From contig JAXHMG010000003.1 of NCBI GenBank assembly GCA_034521595.1, positions 224,001 through 288,000 of the forward strand: a DNA stretch of 64,000 nucleotides, in the 5' to 3' direction. Positions within the stretch are counted from its first letter, which is position 1, and the number at the start of each line of letters is the position of its first letter. Below are positions 29,412-38,719 of this stretch, in pieces. The DNA is from Gemmatimonadota bacterium. Lineage in GTDB: Bacteria > Gemmatimonadota > Gemmatimonadetes > Longimicrobiales > Gaopeijiaceae. The notes under the pieces are model-generated. The model did no database searches. It saw only the letters and a list, made by a program, of their open reading frames with translations, and was not told the DNA's origin. The position numbers and the translations under genes are program-made.

Positions 29412-30320
29412 TCAGCTCTTCTGCTGGCCGACGGGGCGGTGGAGGAGGAGCGGCAGATGCGTGCCGCGGAGCACTTTGTCCGCGGTGCTCCCGAGTAGCG
29501 CCCGGCTCAGGCCCTTCCGTCCATGGGTCGCCATCGCGATCGCGTCGGAGTCGACGGCCTCCGCCTCCAGCAAGATTCCGTGTCCCGCCTGGGCGTCGAC
29601 CGTAACCGACGTGGTGACGCGGAGCCCCCGCCGGCGCATACGCTCGGCCTGCATCTCCAGGTGCTCGGCGGCGCGCTCTTTCGCCTCCTCGAGCACTTCC
29701 TGATTCATCTGCGCGGTATGGGGCAGGTAGGGCGACGCGAGATCCACGGGGTATGCGACCACACGCGTCAGGTGGTACGCCGATCCGAACAGCTCACCGA
29801 ACTCCGTGGCGTGAGCGAGAGCGGACTCCGCGAGCTCCGAGCCGTCCAAGGGCACGAGAAGGTTGTCGAACGCCGTCTCGTCTTCGAGGTCGGGCGTCTC
29901 CTTTTCGTCCGGTCGAACGAGAAGGACCGGCCGGTCGGCCTGCCGAACGAAGCGGTCCGCGACGCTGCCGAGCCAGAGACGCGAGATGGCTCCGCGCCCG
30001 TGCGACGCCATCACCACGAGATCCACTTGCTGGCCCGACGCTTCCTTCTGGAGCATGTCCACGGCATGGCCGCTGAGGATGGACGAAGTCACCTTGCCGT
30101 TCGTCCGATTCGATACGTCCTCGGTCAGCTTCGCGAGGTATTCACGGGTCCACTCCTCCGCCGCTGACGCCCACTCCTCGTACGCGAACGCCGGCACGGG
30201 CTCGACGACCGTCACGAGGTGGAGGGCCGCCCCCGTCCTCCGGCTCAGCGTGATCGCGAGCGGGAGCGCCGCTTCCGCGAACTTGGAGCCGTCCAGGGTC
30301 ACCATGATCTGATTGTACAC
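29412..30320 (-). CDS. Tandem-domain universal stress protein
   Basis: Two USP domains (LDGS...; MASHGRG/MATHGRKG...LGS); AGGAGG RBS before GTG. Confidence 0.95.
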   Translation of the reverse strand: MYNQIMVTLDGSKFAEAALPLAITLSRRTGAALHLVTVVEPVPAFAYEEWASAAEEWTREYLAKLTEDVSNRTNGKVTSSILSGHAVDMLQKEASGQQVDLVVMASHGRGAISRLWLGSVADRFVRQADRPVLLVRPDEKETPDLEDETAFDNLLVPLDGSELAESALAHATEFGELFGSAYHLTRVVAYPVDLASPYLPHTAQMNQEVLEEAKERAAEHLEMQAERMRRRGLRVTTSVTVDAQAGHGILLEAEAVDSDAIAMATHGRKGLSRALLGSTADKVLRGTHLPLLLHRPVGQQKS

Positions 30321-30544
30321 GCTACCTCCTCGTTGTGTCGGGCCGTGTAACGCTCCCCGCCCGGAATCATCCGGATGACGGGGTTGGCTCAGGCCCTGAT
30401 GTGTCCCGCGACGACTGCTTAAATTCTCAGGCCTCGGCGATTCCGGCGGTGTCGGGACGGCAGACGTCCGACCGTCGGGGATCGACCGCGCTCGAGCGTA
30501 GGGTATTTCGCCACAGCGTTCCGCGAAATAGGGGAGCCGTCCGC

Positions 30545-31576
30545 GTGCTACCTTCAGAAGAATACCATGCCATCTTTCTCGCCGCCCCGGACGGGATGTT
30601 CGTGGTCGATGATGACGGAATCATCCGTGACGTCAATCCGAAGGCCGTGGAGTTGTTCGGTTGGACGCGGGAGGAGCTCGTCGAGCAGCCCGTGGAGGTG
30701 CTGGTGCCGGAGGCCCTGCGGGGCCGCCACTGCGAGCATCGCGGCGGATTCATGGCACACCCGCGGAATCGGCCCATGGGGATGGGCCTCGACCTCCTGG
30801 GTCGGCGCAAGGACGGCACGACCTTTCCGGTCGAGATCAGTCTGAGCCCTTGGAAGATGGCCGACGCCCGGGTCCGCGTGATCTGTGCCGTTCGCGACGT
30901 TACGGCCCATCGGCGTCTGAGGGATTTTTCCGAAGGTGCGCTGCGGGCGACCGAGGACGAGCGCCGACGGATCGCGCGGGAGCTTCACGACGACACGGCC
31001 CAACGCCTCGCGACCCTGATCCTCAGGGTCCGCGCCCTCGCGGAGGAGCGGGACGAGGACGCGCGGTTGAGCCTCCTGGAAGAGGTCCGTGCCGAGATCG
31101 TAGCGGCCGCCGAGGACGTGAAGCGCATCTCCCGCGGGCTCCGGCCTCCCGAGCTCGAAGAGGTCGGGTTGGCGCTTGCCCTGCGGGCGCACCTCAGGGT
31201 GCTCCGGGAACGGCTCGCGTTCGAAGTCGATGCCGACCTCGTCGAGGTCGGGACACGACTCGACCTCACGGGTAAGCTCGCGCTCTACCGAATCATCCAG
31301 GAGGCGCTGTCCAACGCGCGTCGGCATGCCGACGCGGAGCGGGTTCACCTCAGTCTGTTCGTCGAGGAGGGGGCGGTGGTGGTGGAGGTGACCGACGATG
31401 GACGGGGCTTCGATCCTGCTTCTCCGATGGAGCGGGACCGGGGGCTCGGTCTCATCGGGATGAAGGAGCGCACCACGATGGTCGGGGGACGCCTCCACAT
31501 CGAGAGCGCGCCGGGCCACGGGACGTCCGTCCGGGTGGCCGTTCCGTTCACGACTTCGGAGGCCGATCATGGGTGA
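30545..31576 (+). CDS. Soluble PAS-domain sensor histidine kinase (HisKA_3/NarX-type)
   Basis: PAS domain (GRRKDGTTFPVEISL); ERRRIARELHD, QEALSNARRHA, DDGRGF and GLGLIGMKER motifs; no TM segments. Confidence 0.93.
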   Translation: MLPSEEYHAIFLAAPDGMFVVDDDGIIRDVNPKAVELFGWTREELVEQPVEVLVPEALRGRHCEHRGGFMAHPRNRPMGMGLDLLGRRKDGTTFPVEISLSPWKMADARVRVICAVRDVTAHRRLRDFSEGALRATEDERRRIARELHDDTAQRLATLILRVRALAEERDEDARLSLLEEVRAEIVAAAEDVKRISRGLRPPELEEVGLALALRAHLRVLRERLAFEVDADLVEVGTRLDLTGKLALYRIIQEALSNARRHADAERVHLSLFVEEGAVVVEVTDDGRGFDPASPMERDRGLGLIGMKERTTMVGGRLHIESAPGHGTSVRVAVPFTTSEADHG

Positions 31577-32225
31577 GGTGCTCCGTGTCCTTCTCGTGGA
31601 CGACCATCCGATGTTTCGGGCCGGGATCAAGGCCCTGCTCGAAGCGGAGGGGAGGGTCGTCGTCGTCGGAGAGGCGGGCTCGGGAGAGGAAGCGGTGGAT
31701 CAGGTGCGCTCCCTGAAGCCGGACGTGGTGGTCATGGACCTTTCCATGCCGGGATCGAGCGGGCTCGAAGCGACTCGGCGCATCGCGGCGCTGGAGCTCG
31801 ATACCAAAGTGTTGGTGCTCACCGTTCACGCGGAAGAGGAGTACCTCGTCCCGGTCGTGGAGGCCGGCGCGAGTGGCTACCTGACCAAGACCAGCGCGGA
31901 CACGGACCTGCACGAGGCGCTTCGCGTGGTCGCGCGCGGGCAGATCTTCCTGCCCCCGACGGCCACGACGCTCCTCCTGCAGCGCTATAAGGAGCGAGAC
32001 GATCAGTCCTCGTCCGAAGGGCTCTACGCCCTGAGCGCCCGTGAGCGCGAGGTGCTGGCTTTGACGGCGGAGGGGTACAGCTCACGGGAGATCGGTCAGA
32101 AGCTCTTCATCAGCTCGAAGACCGTGGATACCTACCGATCGCGCATCATGGAGAAGCTGGGGCTGAGTCATCGGAGCGAGTTGGTGCGCTTCGCCCTCGA
32201 AGTGGGCCTCTTGCGGCGCGTGTGA
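31569..32225 (+). CDS. NarL/LuxR-family response regulator
   Basis: LVDDH, VVMDLSMP and LSAREREVL...SSKTVDTYRSRIMEKL. Confidence 0.96.
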   Translation: MGEVLRVLLVDDHPMFRAGIKALLEAEGRVVVVGEAGSGEEAVDQVRSLKPDVVVMDLSMPGSSGLEATRRIAALELDTKVLVLTVHAEEEYLVPVVEAGASGYLTKTSADTDLHEALRVVARGQIFLPPTATTLLLQRYKERDDQSSSEGLYALSAREREVLALTAEGYSSREIGQKLFISSKTVDTYRSRIMEKLGLSHRSELVRFALEVGLLRRV

Positions 32226-32242
32226 GTGGCCCGCGGGCGGAG

Positions 32243-32638
32243 TCAGTCCGGGGCGTGAGGGGGTGGCTCATTCGTCGGTAGGATCTGTCTGGTCAGCACG
32301 AGCAGCTCGTCGAGCCGGAACGGCTTCCGCAGGACGCGTCGGGGCACGACGTCCGTGCTCGCCGGCGCGAGGACCGACGGATCGAATCGTTCCCGGGACA
32401 TCACGATCGACGGCAGCCCGGGGAAGGCCTCGTGGATCCGCTCCACCGTGCCGGCATCTTCACCCCGTTCGGCCGGTGGGTCGGCGATGACCAGGTCCGC
32501 CGCATGTTCGCACAGTCGGTCGAGCGCTTCCTCGGTGCTCGTGGCGGACACGACGGTATAGCCATGCTGGCCCAGACTCTCCTCGAGCACTTTCCGGAGC
32601 TCGGGGGAGCTCTCGAGAAGCAGCACGCGGGCGGGCAT
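32243..32638 (-). CDS. Single-domain response regulator (degenerate acidic pocket)
   Basis: VLLLESS, DLVIAD and LRKPF receiver pattern. Confidence 0.8.
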   Translation of the reverse strand: MPARVLLLESSPELRKVLEESLGQHGYTVVSATSTEEALDRLCEHAADLVIADPPAERGEDAGTVERIHEAFPGLPSIVMSRERFDPSVLAPASTDVVPRRVLRKPFRLDELLVLTRQILPTNEPPPHAPD

Positions 32639-32672
32639 GGCTCAGGTCGGACGTGCCATGCGGGTCTTGCGA

Positions 32673-33167
32673 CTATCTCGGGTCGACATCGGCGAAGACC
32701 CCGCTCGTTCCATCGTGTGCGAACGTCAGAACCTGATAAGGCTCCGGGTTCGGACCCTCCATGCCGGGCGACCCGATCGGCATACCCGGAACGGCGATGC
32801 CCGCGATCTCCGGACGCTCGTCGAGCATGTGGGCAACATGCTCGGCCGGAACGTGGCCTTCGACGACGTACCCATCCACGATCGCCGTATGACAGGACGA
32901 CATCCCGGTCGGCACGCCGGCGTCGAGCTTGACCGACATGAGGTCGCGCACGTTCCGCGCGTCCACGGTGAAGCCTGCTTCGCGTAGGTGCTCCACCCAG
33001 CCGTTGCAACACCCGCAGCCCTCGGTCTTGTAGACCACGATCTCGGGCGCGTCGGCCGAGGCCACGACCGTCGGCTCACCATCCGGGCTGTCGACCTCGC
33101 CGGCTTGACCGCTGCCGCAAGCACCGAGCACGAGGAGGGTCGGAAGGACGTAGAGCGTTCGGGTCAT
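32673..33167 (-). CDS. DUF411 (CGCC motif) putative metal-binding lipoprotein
   Basis: Lipobox LGAC; CGCC, SCHTA, EGHVP and GMPIGSPGM motifs. Confidence 0.92.
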   Translation of the reverse strand: MTRTLYVLPTLLVLGACGSGQAGEVDSPDGEPTVVASADAPEIVVYKTEGCGCCNGWVEHLREAGFTVDARNVRDLMSVKLDAGVPTGMSSCHTAIVDGYVVEGHVPAEHVAHMLDERPEIAGIAVPGMPIGSPGMEGPNPEPYQVLTFAHDGTSGVFADVDPR

Positions 33168-33244
33168 GGTTCATCGACTCCTGGCGAATATCGGTATTCG
33201 ATGCGGGGCGCTCCCCTCAGTATACGAGACGCGCTCAAAAGATC

Positions 33245-33709
33245 CTACGATTCTTCGTGCTCGGTCGAGAGGATGTGGGCCGTCGCGGCCAACCAGGCCG
33301 AGCCGTGCAGCGGTACGGCCACCCCCGCCGTGGCGAGCGGGAGCGCCACGGGGTCGAAGAACGCGTACGGGATGAAGGTCAGCGTCCAGAACACGGTGCC
33401 GAGCAGTGAGACGGCCGCGATGGTTCGGGACTCCGCCCGGATCCAGGCCAGAAGAACCGGGACCGAGCCGGCGAACACGAAGAACAGCGCGAGAGACACG
33501 CTGAGCATGCGGTACCGGCGCCAAAAGCTCGGGCGCAGGGGTTCCAGGAAGAAAGCCTGCTTCATGGCCTCCATCGCGAACGACCGCTGGCCGACCATGG
33601 CGTTTTCGAGGACCACGCCCCACAGGTGGAGGCCCAGCTGCACGAGCCCCATGACGATGAGCCATCCGCCGGCGGCGTAACACCAGACTCGGGGGTTCCG
33701 CAGGGTCAC
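33245..33709 (-). CDS. Hypothetical 4-TM membrane protein
   Basis: Four hydrophobic segments; AGGAGGT RBS before GTG 33709. Confidence 0.65.
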   Translation of the reverse strand: MTLRNPRVWCYAAGGWLIVMGLVQLGLHLWGVVLENAMVGQRSFAMEAMKQAFFLEPLRPSFWRRYRMLSVSLALFFVFAGSVPVLLAWIRAESRTIAAVSLLGTVFWTLTFIPYAFFDPVALPLATAGVAVPLHGSAWLAATAHILSTEHEES

Positions 33710-33763
33710 GCCGACACCTCCTTCCGCCTTCAACTGCCCCGACGGGCCGGCTACCTTGGCCAC

Positions 33764-34111
33764 ATGGACGTCCAGATCTTCGGCGTCAAGAACGACGCCA
33801 CGGTACGAAAGGCTCTACGCTTCTTCAAGGAACGGCGCATCGGCGTCCATTTCATGGACTTCAAGGAGCGGGCTCCGTCGAAGGGCGAGCTTCGCCGGTT
33901 CTTCGACCGGTTCGGCGTCGACGCGCTGATCGACCGCGAGGCGAAGCGCTTTCGGGCCCTCGGGCTCCATGCCGCGCACTACGGAGCCGACCGGTGGATC
34001 GAGATCGCCACGGAGGAGCCGTTGATCCTGCGGATGCCCCTCGTGCGCAACGGCAAGGAGCTCACGGTCGGGCTCGCCGAAGACACGTGGCGAGAATGGG
34101 CCGGCCGCTGA
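33764..34111 (+). CDS. ArsC/Spx/MgsR-family protein lacking cysteines
   Basis: QIFG....RKALRFFKER...SKGEL...PLILRMPLVRNG fold signature. Confidence 0.85.
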   Translation: MDVQIFGVKNDATVRKALRFFKERRIGVHFMDFKERAPSKGELRRFFDRFGVDALIDREAKRFRALGLHAAHYGADRWIEIATEEPLILRMPLVRNGKELTVGLAEDTWREWAGR

Positions 34112-34127
34112 GCCGTGGCTTCGCGCG

Positions 34128-36173
34128 TCACGAGATCGGCTTCGTCTTCGGGAGCAGCCGCACCGACCACAGGCCCGAGTTCGTATCGCTGAAGAAGACG
34201 TGACCCTTGTGGGGCATGGTGCCCCAGACCATGGTCGCGTTGGGCGTATATCCCGCCGGGCTCGCCGATTTGAACACCGCGATCTCCCGGCCCTGAGTGT
34301 AGAGGTTGCCCATGAGCTCCCCGCTCACGTCGACCACGCGCAGTCCGCCTTCGTAGTAGGCCTGATAGAGCTTGTCGTCCTCCACCCACATGTTGTGGGT
34401 TCCGAACTCGGGCACCTGGTAGCGGGCGACCATCTCGGGGTTCTCCGGATCCGTGAAGTCCACGATCTGGATATAGCCGCGGGTCACGAGCGGAATTCCC
34501 CCCGTGCCCGTCTCGGGATCGTACTGCTGGGAGTACGATCCCATGGAGGAGGGGTATCCTGCCCACGCCAGCCCGCGGCGCTGCATGATCTCGTCGCCGA
34601 GGAAGAGGTAGGTCTTCCCCGTCGATTCCTGGAAGTACGGAAAGGCCGCGTGGGTCGCGCCGCTCGGCGTCGGGTACGAGGTCACGAAGACCGGATTCTC
34701 GGGCGAGCCTCCCCAGCGGCCGTCCCCGACGTCGACCACCACGACCCCCGTTTCCCACTCGGAGGAGTACGCCAGGCCGTCGTGCACCCACACGTCGTGC
34801 AGCCTCGAGTTCGGGTGGTTGTACTCCGAGACGAAGCGTGGCTCGTGGATGTCGGTGACGTCGATGATGACGTACTTGTCCCCGTTCGAGAGAGCGTACA
34901 GGTAGTCGTCCTCGGCGAACACGTTGTGCACCCCGCCGGTGATTCCGTCGTCGTAGATCGAAGCGATCGAAGGATTCCGCGGATCGGCGAGGTCCACCAG
35001 AACGAGCCCGTCCCGCCGGTTGGTCGCTCCCTCGCGGGAGAGCGCCGCGTAGCGGCCGTCGGGTGAAGCCTTCACGTCGTTCACGGTCCGGGCATCCACC
35101 TGGATGGAGTCGATCTTCTCGATCGCACCCGGATCGGTGACGTCGTAGAAAAAGGCGTATCCCCCGGAGACCTTGGATCCCGTGATCGCGTAGTCTCGCC
35201 CGTCGACGCCCTCGAAGACCCAGAGGTCGGTCGTGCGGTACCAGCTCTCCAGGGCGTGCCCGGTGACTTCGATTTCCTGCACGACGTCCCGTTCTACGGC
35301 CTCGAAGGAATGACGGTCGGACAGAGGGCCGGCGCTCGCGACCACGGTGTGGATGCCCGGCACGTCCGCGACGTACGCGCCGTCGCGGATCTGGCCGGTC
35401 GCCGGCACGCCCAGCATGCCCTCCGTGGGTGTATAGCTGTGGGACCACGAGACGGGCACGTCGTCGAGCACCGTCCCGTCCTCGTCACGGAGCACGGCCT
35501 GGAAGCGGATCACGTCTCCCGTCCGAGCTTCGTCCACGCCTCCCTCCAGGGTGAGCGACGCGCCCGGAAAGCTTTCCACCGTGTGCCGCAGCGACGCCTC
35601 GCCGCGTTCGAGCTCGGCGGTGACGGTGGCGGTACCCGGGCCGACGCCCGTCACGTTCCCGAAGGCGTCGACCGCGATCACCGACGAATCGGAAGTGCGC
35701 CATTGCACCGGCGCGTCCGGGCGAGGTGAGCCGTCGGCATGGTACGCCTCGGCTTCGTGGGGCAGCGTCGTCCCGACGAAGAGCGTGGCTTCGGGAGCCT
35801 CGATCTCGATGTCCGTCACGGCTGGCCACTGGACCGAGACGGGGACCGTGCGCTGCGGCGGGTCGCCAGCGGCGCCCGCCGGCAGCACGGCGGTCAGGAA
35901 GATCTCGTGCTCGCCCGGAGCGACACCGGCCACGAACCCGTCTCCCACCTCGATGCCGGTCCGGGCACCCACGATGCGGAGCGGAACGTCGACGGGAGCG
36001 CCTTGACCATCCACGACCCGGGCCGTGAAGGTGACACGCTCGCCCGCCTCCACCGAGAGGCGCTCGTCACTCACTTCGATTCGGAGTTCGGACGGGGTGA
36101 AATCCTGTGCGGCGAGGGGCGGCGCCGTGGCGATGAGAAGCGTGAGAGCCAGGAGTGAGGTGAAGCGGGGCAT
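34128..36173 (-). CDS. Exported protein with Ig-like (Big_2) domains and LVIVD-repeat beta-propeller
   Basis: Signal peptide; WRTSDSSVIAVDAFGNVTGVGPGTATVTA (Big_2); repeats LVLVDLADP, YVIIDVTD, VVVVDVGD and LRVVDVSG. Confidence 0.85.
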   Translation of the reverse strand: MPRFTSLLALTLLIATAPPLAAQDFTPSELRIEVSDERLSVEAGERVTFTARVVDGQGAPVDVPLRIVGARTGIEVGDGFVAGVAPGEHEIFLTAVLPAGAAGDPPQRTVPVSVQWPAVTDIEIEAPEATLFVGTTLPHEAEAYHADGSPRPDAPVQWRTSDSSVIAVDAFGNVTGVGPGTATVTAELERGEASLRHTVESFPGASLTLEGGVDEARTGDVIRFQAVLRDEDGTVLDDVPVSWSHSYTPTEGMLGVPATGQIRDGAYVADVPGIHTVVASAGPLSDRHSFEAVERDVVQEIEVTGHALESWYRTTDLWVFEGVDGRDYAITGSKVSGGYAFFYDVTDPGAIEKIDSIQVDARTVNDVKASPDGRYAALSREGATNRRDGLVLVDLADPRNPSIASIYDDGITGGVHNVFAEDDYLYALSNGDKYVIIDVTDIHEPRFVSEYNHPNSRLHDVWVHDGLAYSSEWETGVVVVDVGDGRWGGSPENPVFVTSYPTPSGATHAAFPYFQESTGKTYLFLGDEIMQRRGLAWAGYPSSMGSYSQQYDPETGTGGIPLVTRGYIQIVDFTDPENPEMVARYQVPEFGTHNMWVEDDKLYQAYYEGGLRVVDVSGELMGNLYTQGREIAVFKSASPAGYTPNATMVWGTMPHKGHVFFSDTNSGLWSVRLLPKTKPIS

Positions 36174-36220
36174 GGTGGATTCCGGGTCGAATGCTGGGAT
36201 CGTGCGAGACTTGGTCGAGC

Positions 36221-37165
36221 TCAGAGGGTCACGTCACCGGGCTCGACGACCATTGCAATCTGGGAGCCGTCGGGGCTCACCGCGAGTCGGGTGATGCGGA
36301 TGTCGTGCTCGGAGAGGTCGGCGACCAGGGTCCAGTCGTCCTCTCCGGGCGTCCACGCGTAGATCGATGCCTCCCGCGCCATGAGGACGCTTCCGTCGGG
36401 CGTCCAGGCATGAAAATCTCCGGCGTCCACGGTCTCGATGAAGGGCGTGGTCGTGTCCGTGGCCCCGTCATAGCGGGTCAGGACCGCCGTTCCGTCGTCT
36501 TCCATCTGCACGAAGCTCACGGCGTCTTCACCCGGGATCGACCGGATCGAGCGTCCGATGTTCTCTGCGATCGGACGGGCGCTGCCGGATGTCACGTTCG
36601 CCACCTGAAGGGTAGGGGGGTCGCCGAGAACGAAGAGCGCCACCGTCTCGGCGTCCACCCACGCGTGGTACCCCACCGGTGCGACGTCCGGAAGAAGAAC
36701 GCCCGGCTCGGATCCGTCGGAGGGGACATGCCAGAGCCGTTGGGTGGAATCCGCCTCGACCCGAACGACCGAGAGGCCGGAGCCGTCGGGCAGGGGAGTC
36801 GCGGAGTATTCGCTCTCGGGCACGCTCACGGTGACCCGTTCGACCGACCCCGAGAGGTCGTAGCGCCAGATATCGGTCTGCTCGGTGTGCTCCTCGAGCG
36901 CCGTGAACCAGAACGCGGACCCGTCCGGGGTGAAATGGGGCTGGTTGTCGTACCCGGGGCGATGGATCGCCTCCACCGGCGGTCCGATCGAGAAGGCGCC
37001 GTCAGCGTCGCGCGACAGCGCGGCGGTCCAGATGTCCGGATCGAGCGGGAAGGTCGGTTCCGCCGGGGCCTCCGCACCGTCTTCGGTGGCGGAATCCGAC
37101 GGCTCTCCGCCGCAGCTCCAGACGAGGGTCACGGCGAGGCCGAGTGTCGTGAGGGTGCGATGCAC
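36221..37165 (-). CDS. TolB/PD40-like beta-propeller lipoprotein
   Basis: Lipobox VWSC; repeated PHFTPDG, WTPDG and VSPDG motifs. Confidence 0.8.
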   Translation of the reverse strand: MHRTLTTLGLAVTLVWSCGGEPSDSATEDGAEAPAEPTFPLDPDIWTAALSRDADGAFSIGPPVEAIHRPGYDNQPHFTPDGSAFWFTALEEHTEQTDIWRYDLSGSVERVTVSVPESEYSATPLPDGSGLSVVRVEADSTQRLWHVPSDGSEPGVLLPDVAPVGYHAWVDAETVALFVLGDPPTLQVANVTSGSARPIAENIGRSIRSIPGEDAVSFVQMEDDGTAVLTRYDGATDTTTPFIETVDAGDFHAWTPDGSVLMAREASIYAWTPGEDDWTLVADLSEHDIRITRLAVSPDGSQIAMVVEPGDVTL

Positions 37166-37246
37166 GGGATCCGTCCGGTCTCGGGGTCCTGGCCCTGGTC
37201 TTTCCGGGCCACTTCTTCAAGATAAGGGAGGCAAGCCTATATTGGC

Positions 37247-38719
37247 GTGTCCCCGACAGCCAGACCTCGTTCCGCGACCCTTCCAGGAGCTCGGGTGCGT
37301 CGACCCTCCGACATCCCGCGTCTCGCGACCGTCACGATTCCCGCGCCCGACCTGCGACCGGAGCGCTTCCTCGCCCGTGCCGCCGGTGCTTCCCGTGGGT
37401 TTTGGGTCCGCGGCGACCGCTGGGTCGCGCATACCGGTGTCGCGGCTGACGTTCGGGTCGACCGCGTGTGCCGGGCGGCGGACCGGTTCGCGGAAGTCGC
37501 CGGCGAAGCCCGTAGGCTGGCGGCGAATCCCGTGCTGGCGCCGGGAGCGACCCGGGCGCCGCGGATCCGGTTCTACGGTGGCTTCTCCTTCGAGGAGGGA
37601 CACGAGGCGCACGGCACGTGGTCGGGCTTCCCCTCCGCCCGCTTCATCGTGCCCGAGCTCGAGTTGGAGGGAGACGGATCGGGTGACGCATGGCTGCGTG
37701 CCCGAGCGAGGGTCGAGGCGGAGGGGGACGAGGCCGCGCTCCGCCGGCTCCGACACCTGGCTGAAGCGACGCGGGCGGAGCTGGCGGCGCTGGGTGAGCC
37801 CTCCGACGGGGCGCCGTCGGAAGTGCCGGGGCACGCTTCGTCCGGGCCACGGACGCACTGGGAGGATGCGGTACGCACCTGCCTGGAAGCCATCCGTGCC
37901 GGCCGCGTCTCGAAGGCCGTGCTGGCGCGAACGTTGAGCGTGGAGCTCGACCGTCCGCTCGACCCCGCGGACGTCGTCATGCAGCTCTGGCACGCGAACC
38001 ACGGGAGTCACGTCTTCCTTTTCGAGCCGGAGCCCGGGGCGGCGCTCGTAGGCGCGGCCCCCGAGACGGTGGCGACCCTCCGCGACGGGGTCTTCCACGC
38101 CACGGCGGTGGCCGGGTCGATCCGAAGGGGATCCGGGCCCCGCGAGCAAGCGGAGCTGGCGGCCGAGCTCCTCGCGAGCGACAAGGACCGCGAAGAGCAG
38201 CGGATCGCCCTCGACGACATGGTCGCCCGACTCGGGACCGTGGCTCACCAGGTCCGGTCGGACCCGCAGCCGCACGTCCTGACGCTCTCGCGCATCCAGC
38301 ACCTCGAAACCGAGATCCGGGCGAGCGTTCCGGTCGGCGTCGGGGTGCTCGACTTGCTCCGCATCCTGCACCCCACCCCCGCCGTGTGCGGCCTGCCTCG
38401 TGACGCCGCTCTCGCCGTTCTCGCGACCGGAGAGCCGTTCGAGCGGGGGTGGTATTCCGGTCCCGTCGGATGGTTCGATCCGGAAGGGAACGGGGTCTTC
38501 GCACCCGCGCTGCGGACCGGGGTGGGCCGAGGCGACCAGTGGGAGCTCTTCGCCGGGGCCGGTATCGTCGAAGGCTCTTCTCCTCGGTCCGAATGGGAGG
38601 AGACGGGCATCAAATTCCAACCGATGCTGGAGGCGCTCGAAGCCGGGGGGGTGCGCTTGGTGGAGCGCGCGAGCGCCGGGCGAACCGGCGAGGCGCCAGC
38701 GGATCCGGAGCGCCCGTGA
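37247..38719 (+). CDS. menF: Isochorismate synthase; start approximate
   Basis: GGFSF, KAVLAR, GAAPE, AVAGS, KDREEQ, IQHL, LHPTPAVCG, RGWYSGPVGW and FAGAGIV motifs. Confidence 0.92.
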   Translation: MSPTARPRSATLPGARVRRPSDIPRLATVTIPAPDLRPERFLARAAGASRGFWVRGDRWVAHTGVAADVRVDRVCRAADRFAEVAGEARRLAANPVLAPGATRAPRIRFYGGFSFEEGHEAHGTWSGFPSARFIVPELELEGDGSGDAWLRARARVEAEGDEAALRRLRHLAEATRAELAALGEPSDGAPSEVPGHASSGPRTHWEDAVRTCLEAIRAGRVSKAVLARTLSVELDRPLDPADVVMQLWHANHGSHVFLFEPEPGAALVGAAPETVATLRDGVFHATAVAGSIRRGSGPREQAELAAELLASDKDREEQRIALDDMVARLGTVAHQVRSDPQPHVLTLSRIQHLETEIRASVPVGVGVLDLLRILHPTPAVCGLPRDAALAVLATGEPFERGWYSGPVGWFDPEGNGVFAPALRTGVGRGDQWELFAGAGIVEGSSPRSEWEETGIKFQPMLEALEAGGVRLVERASAGRTGEAPADPERP

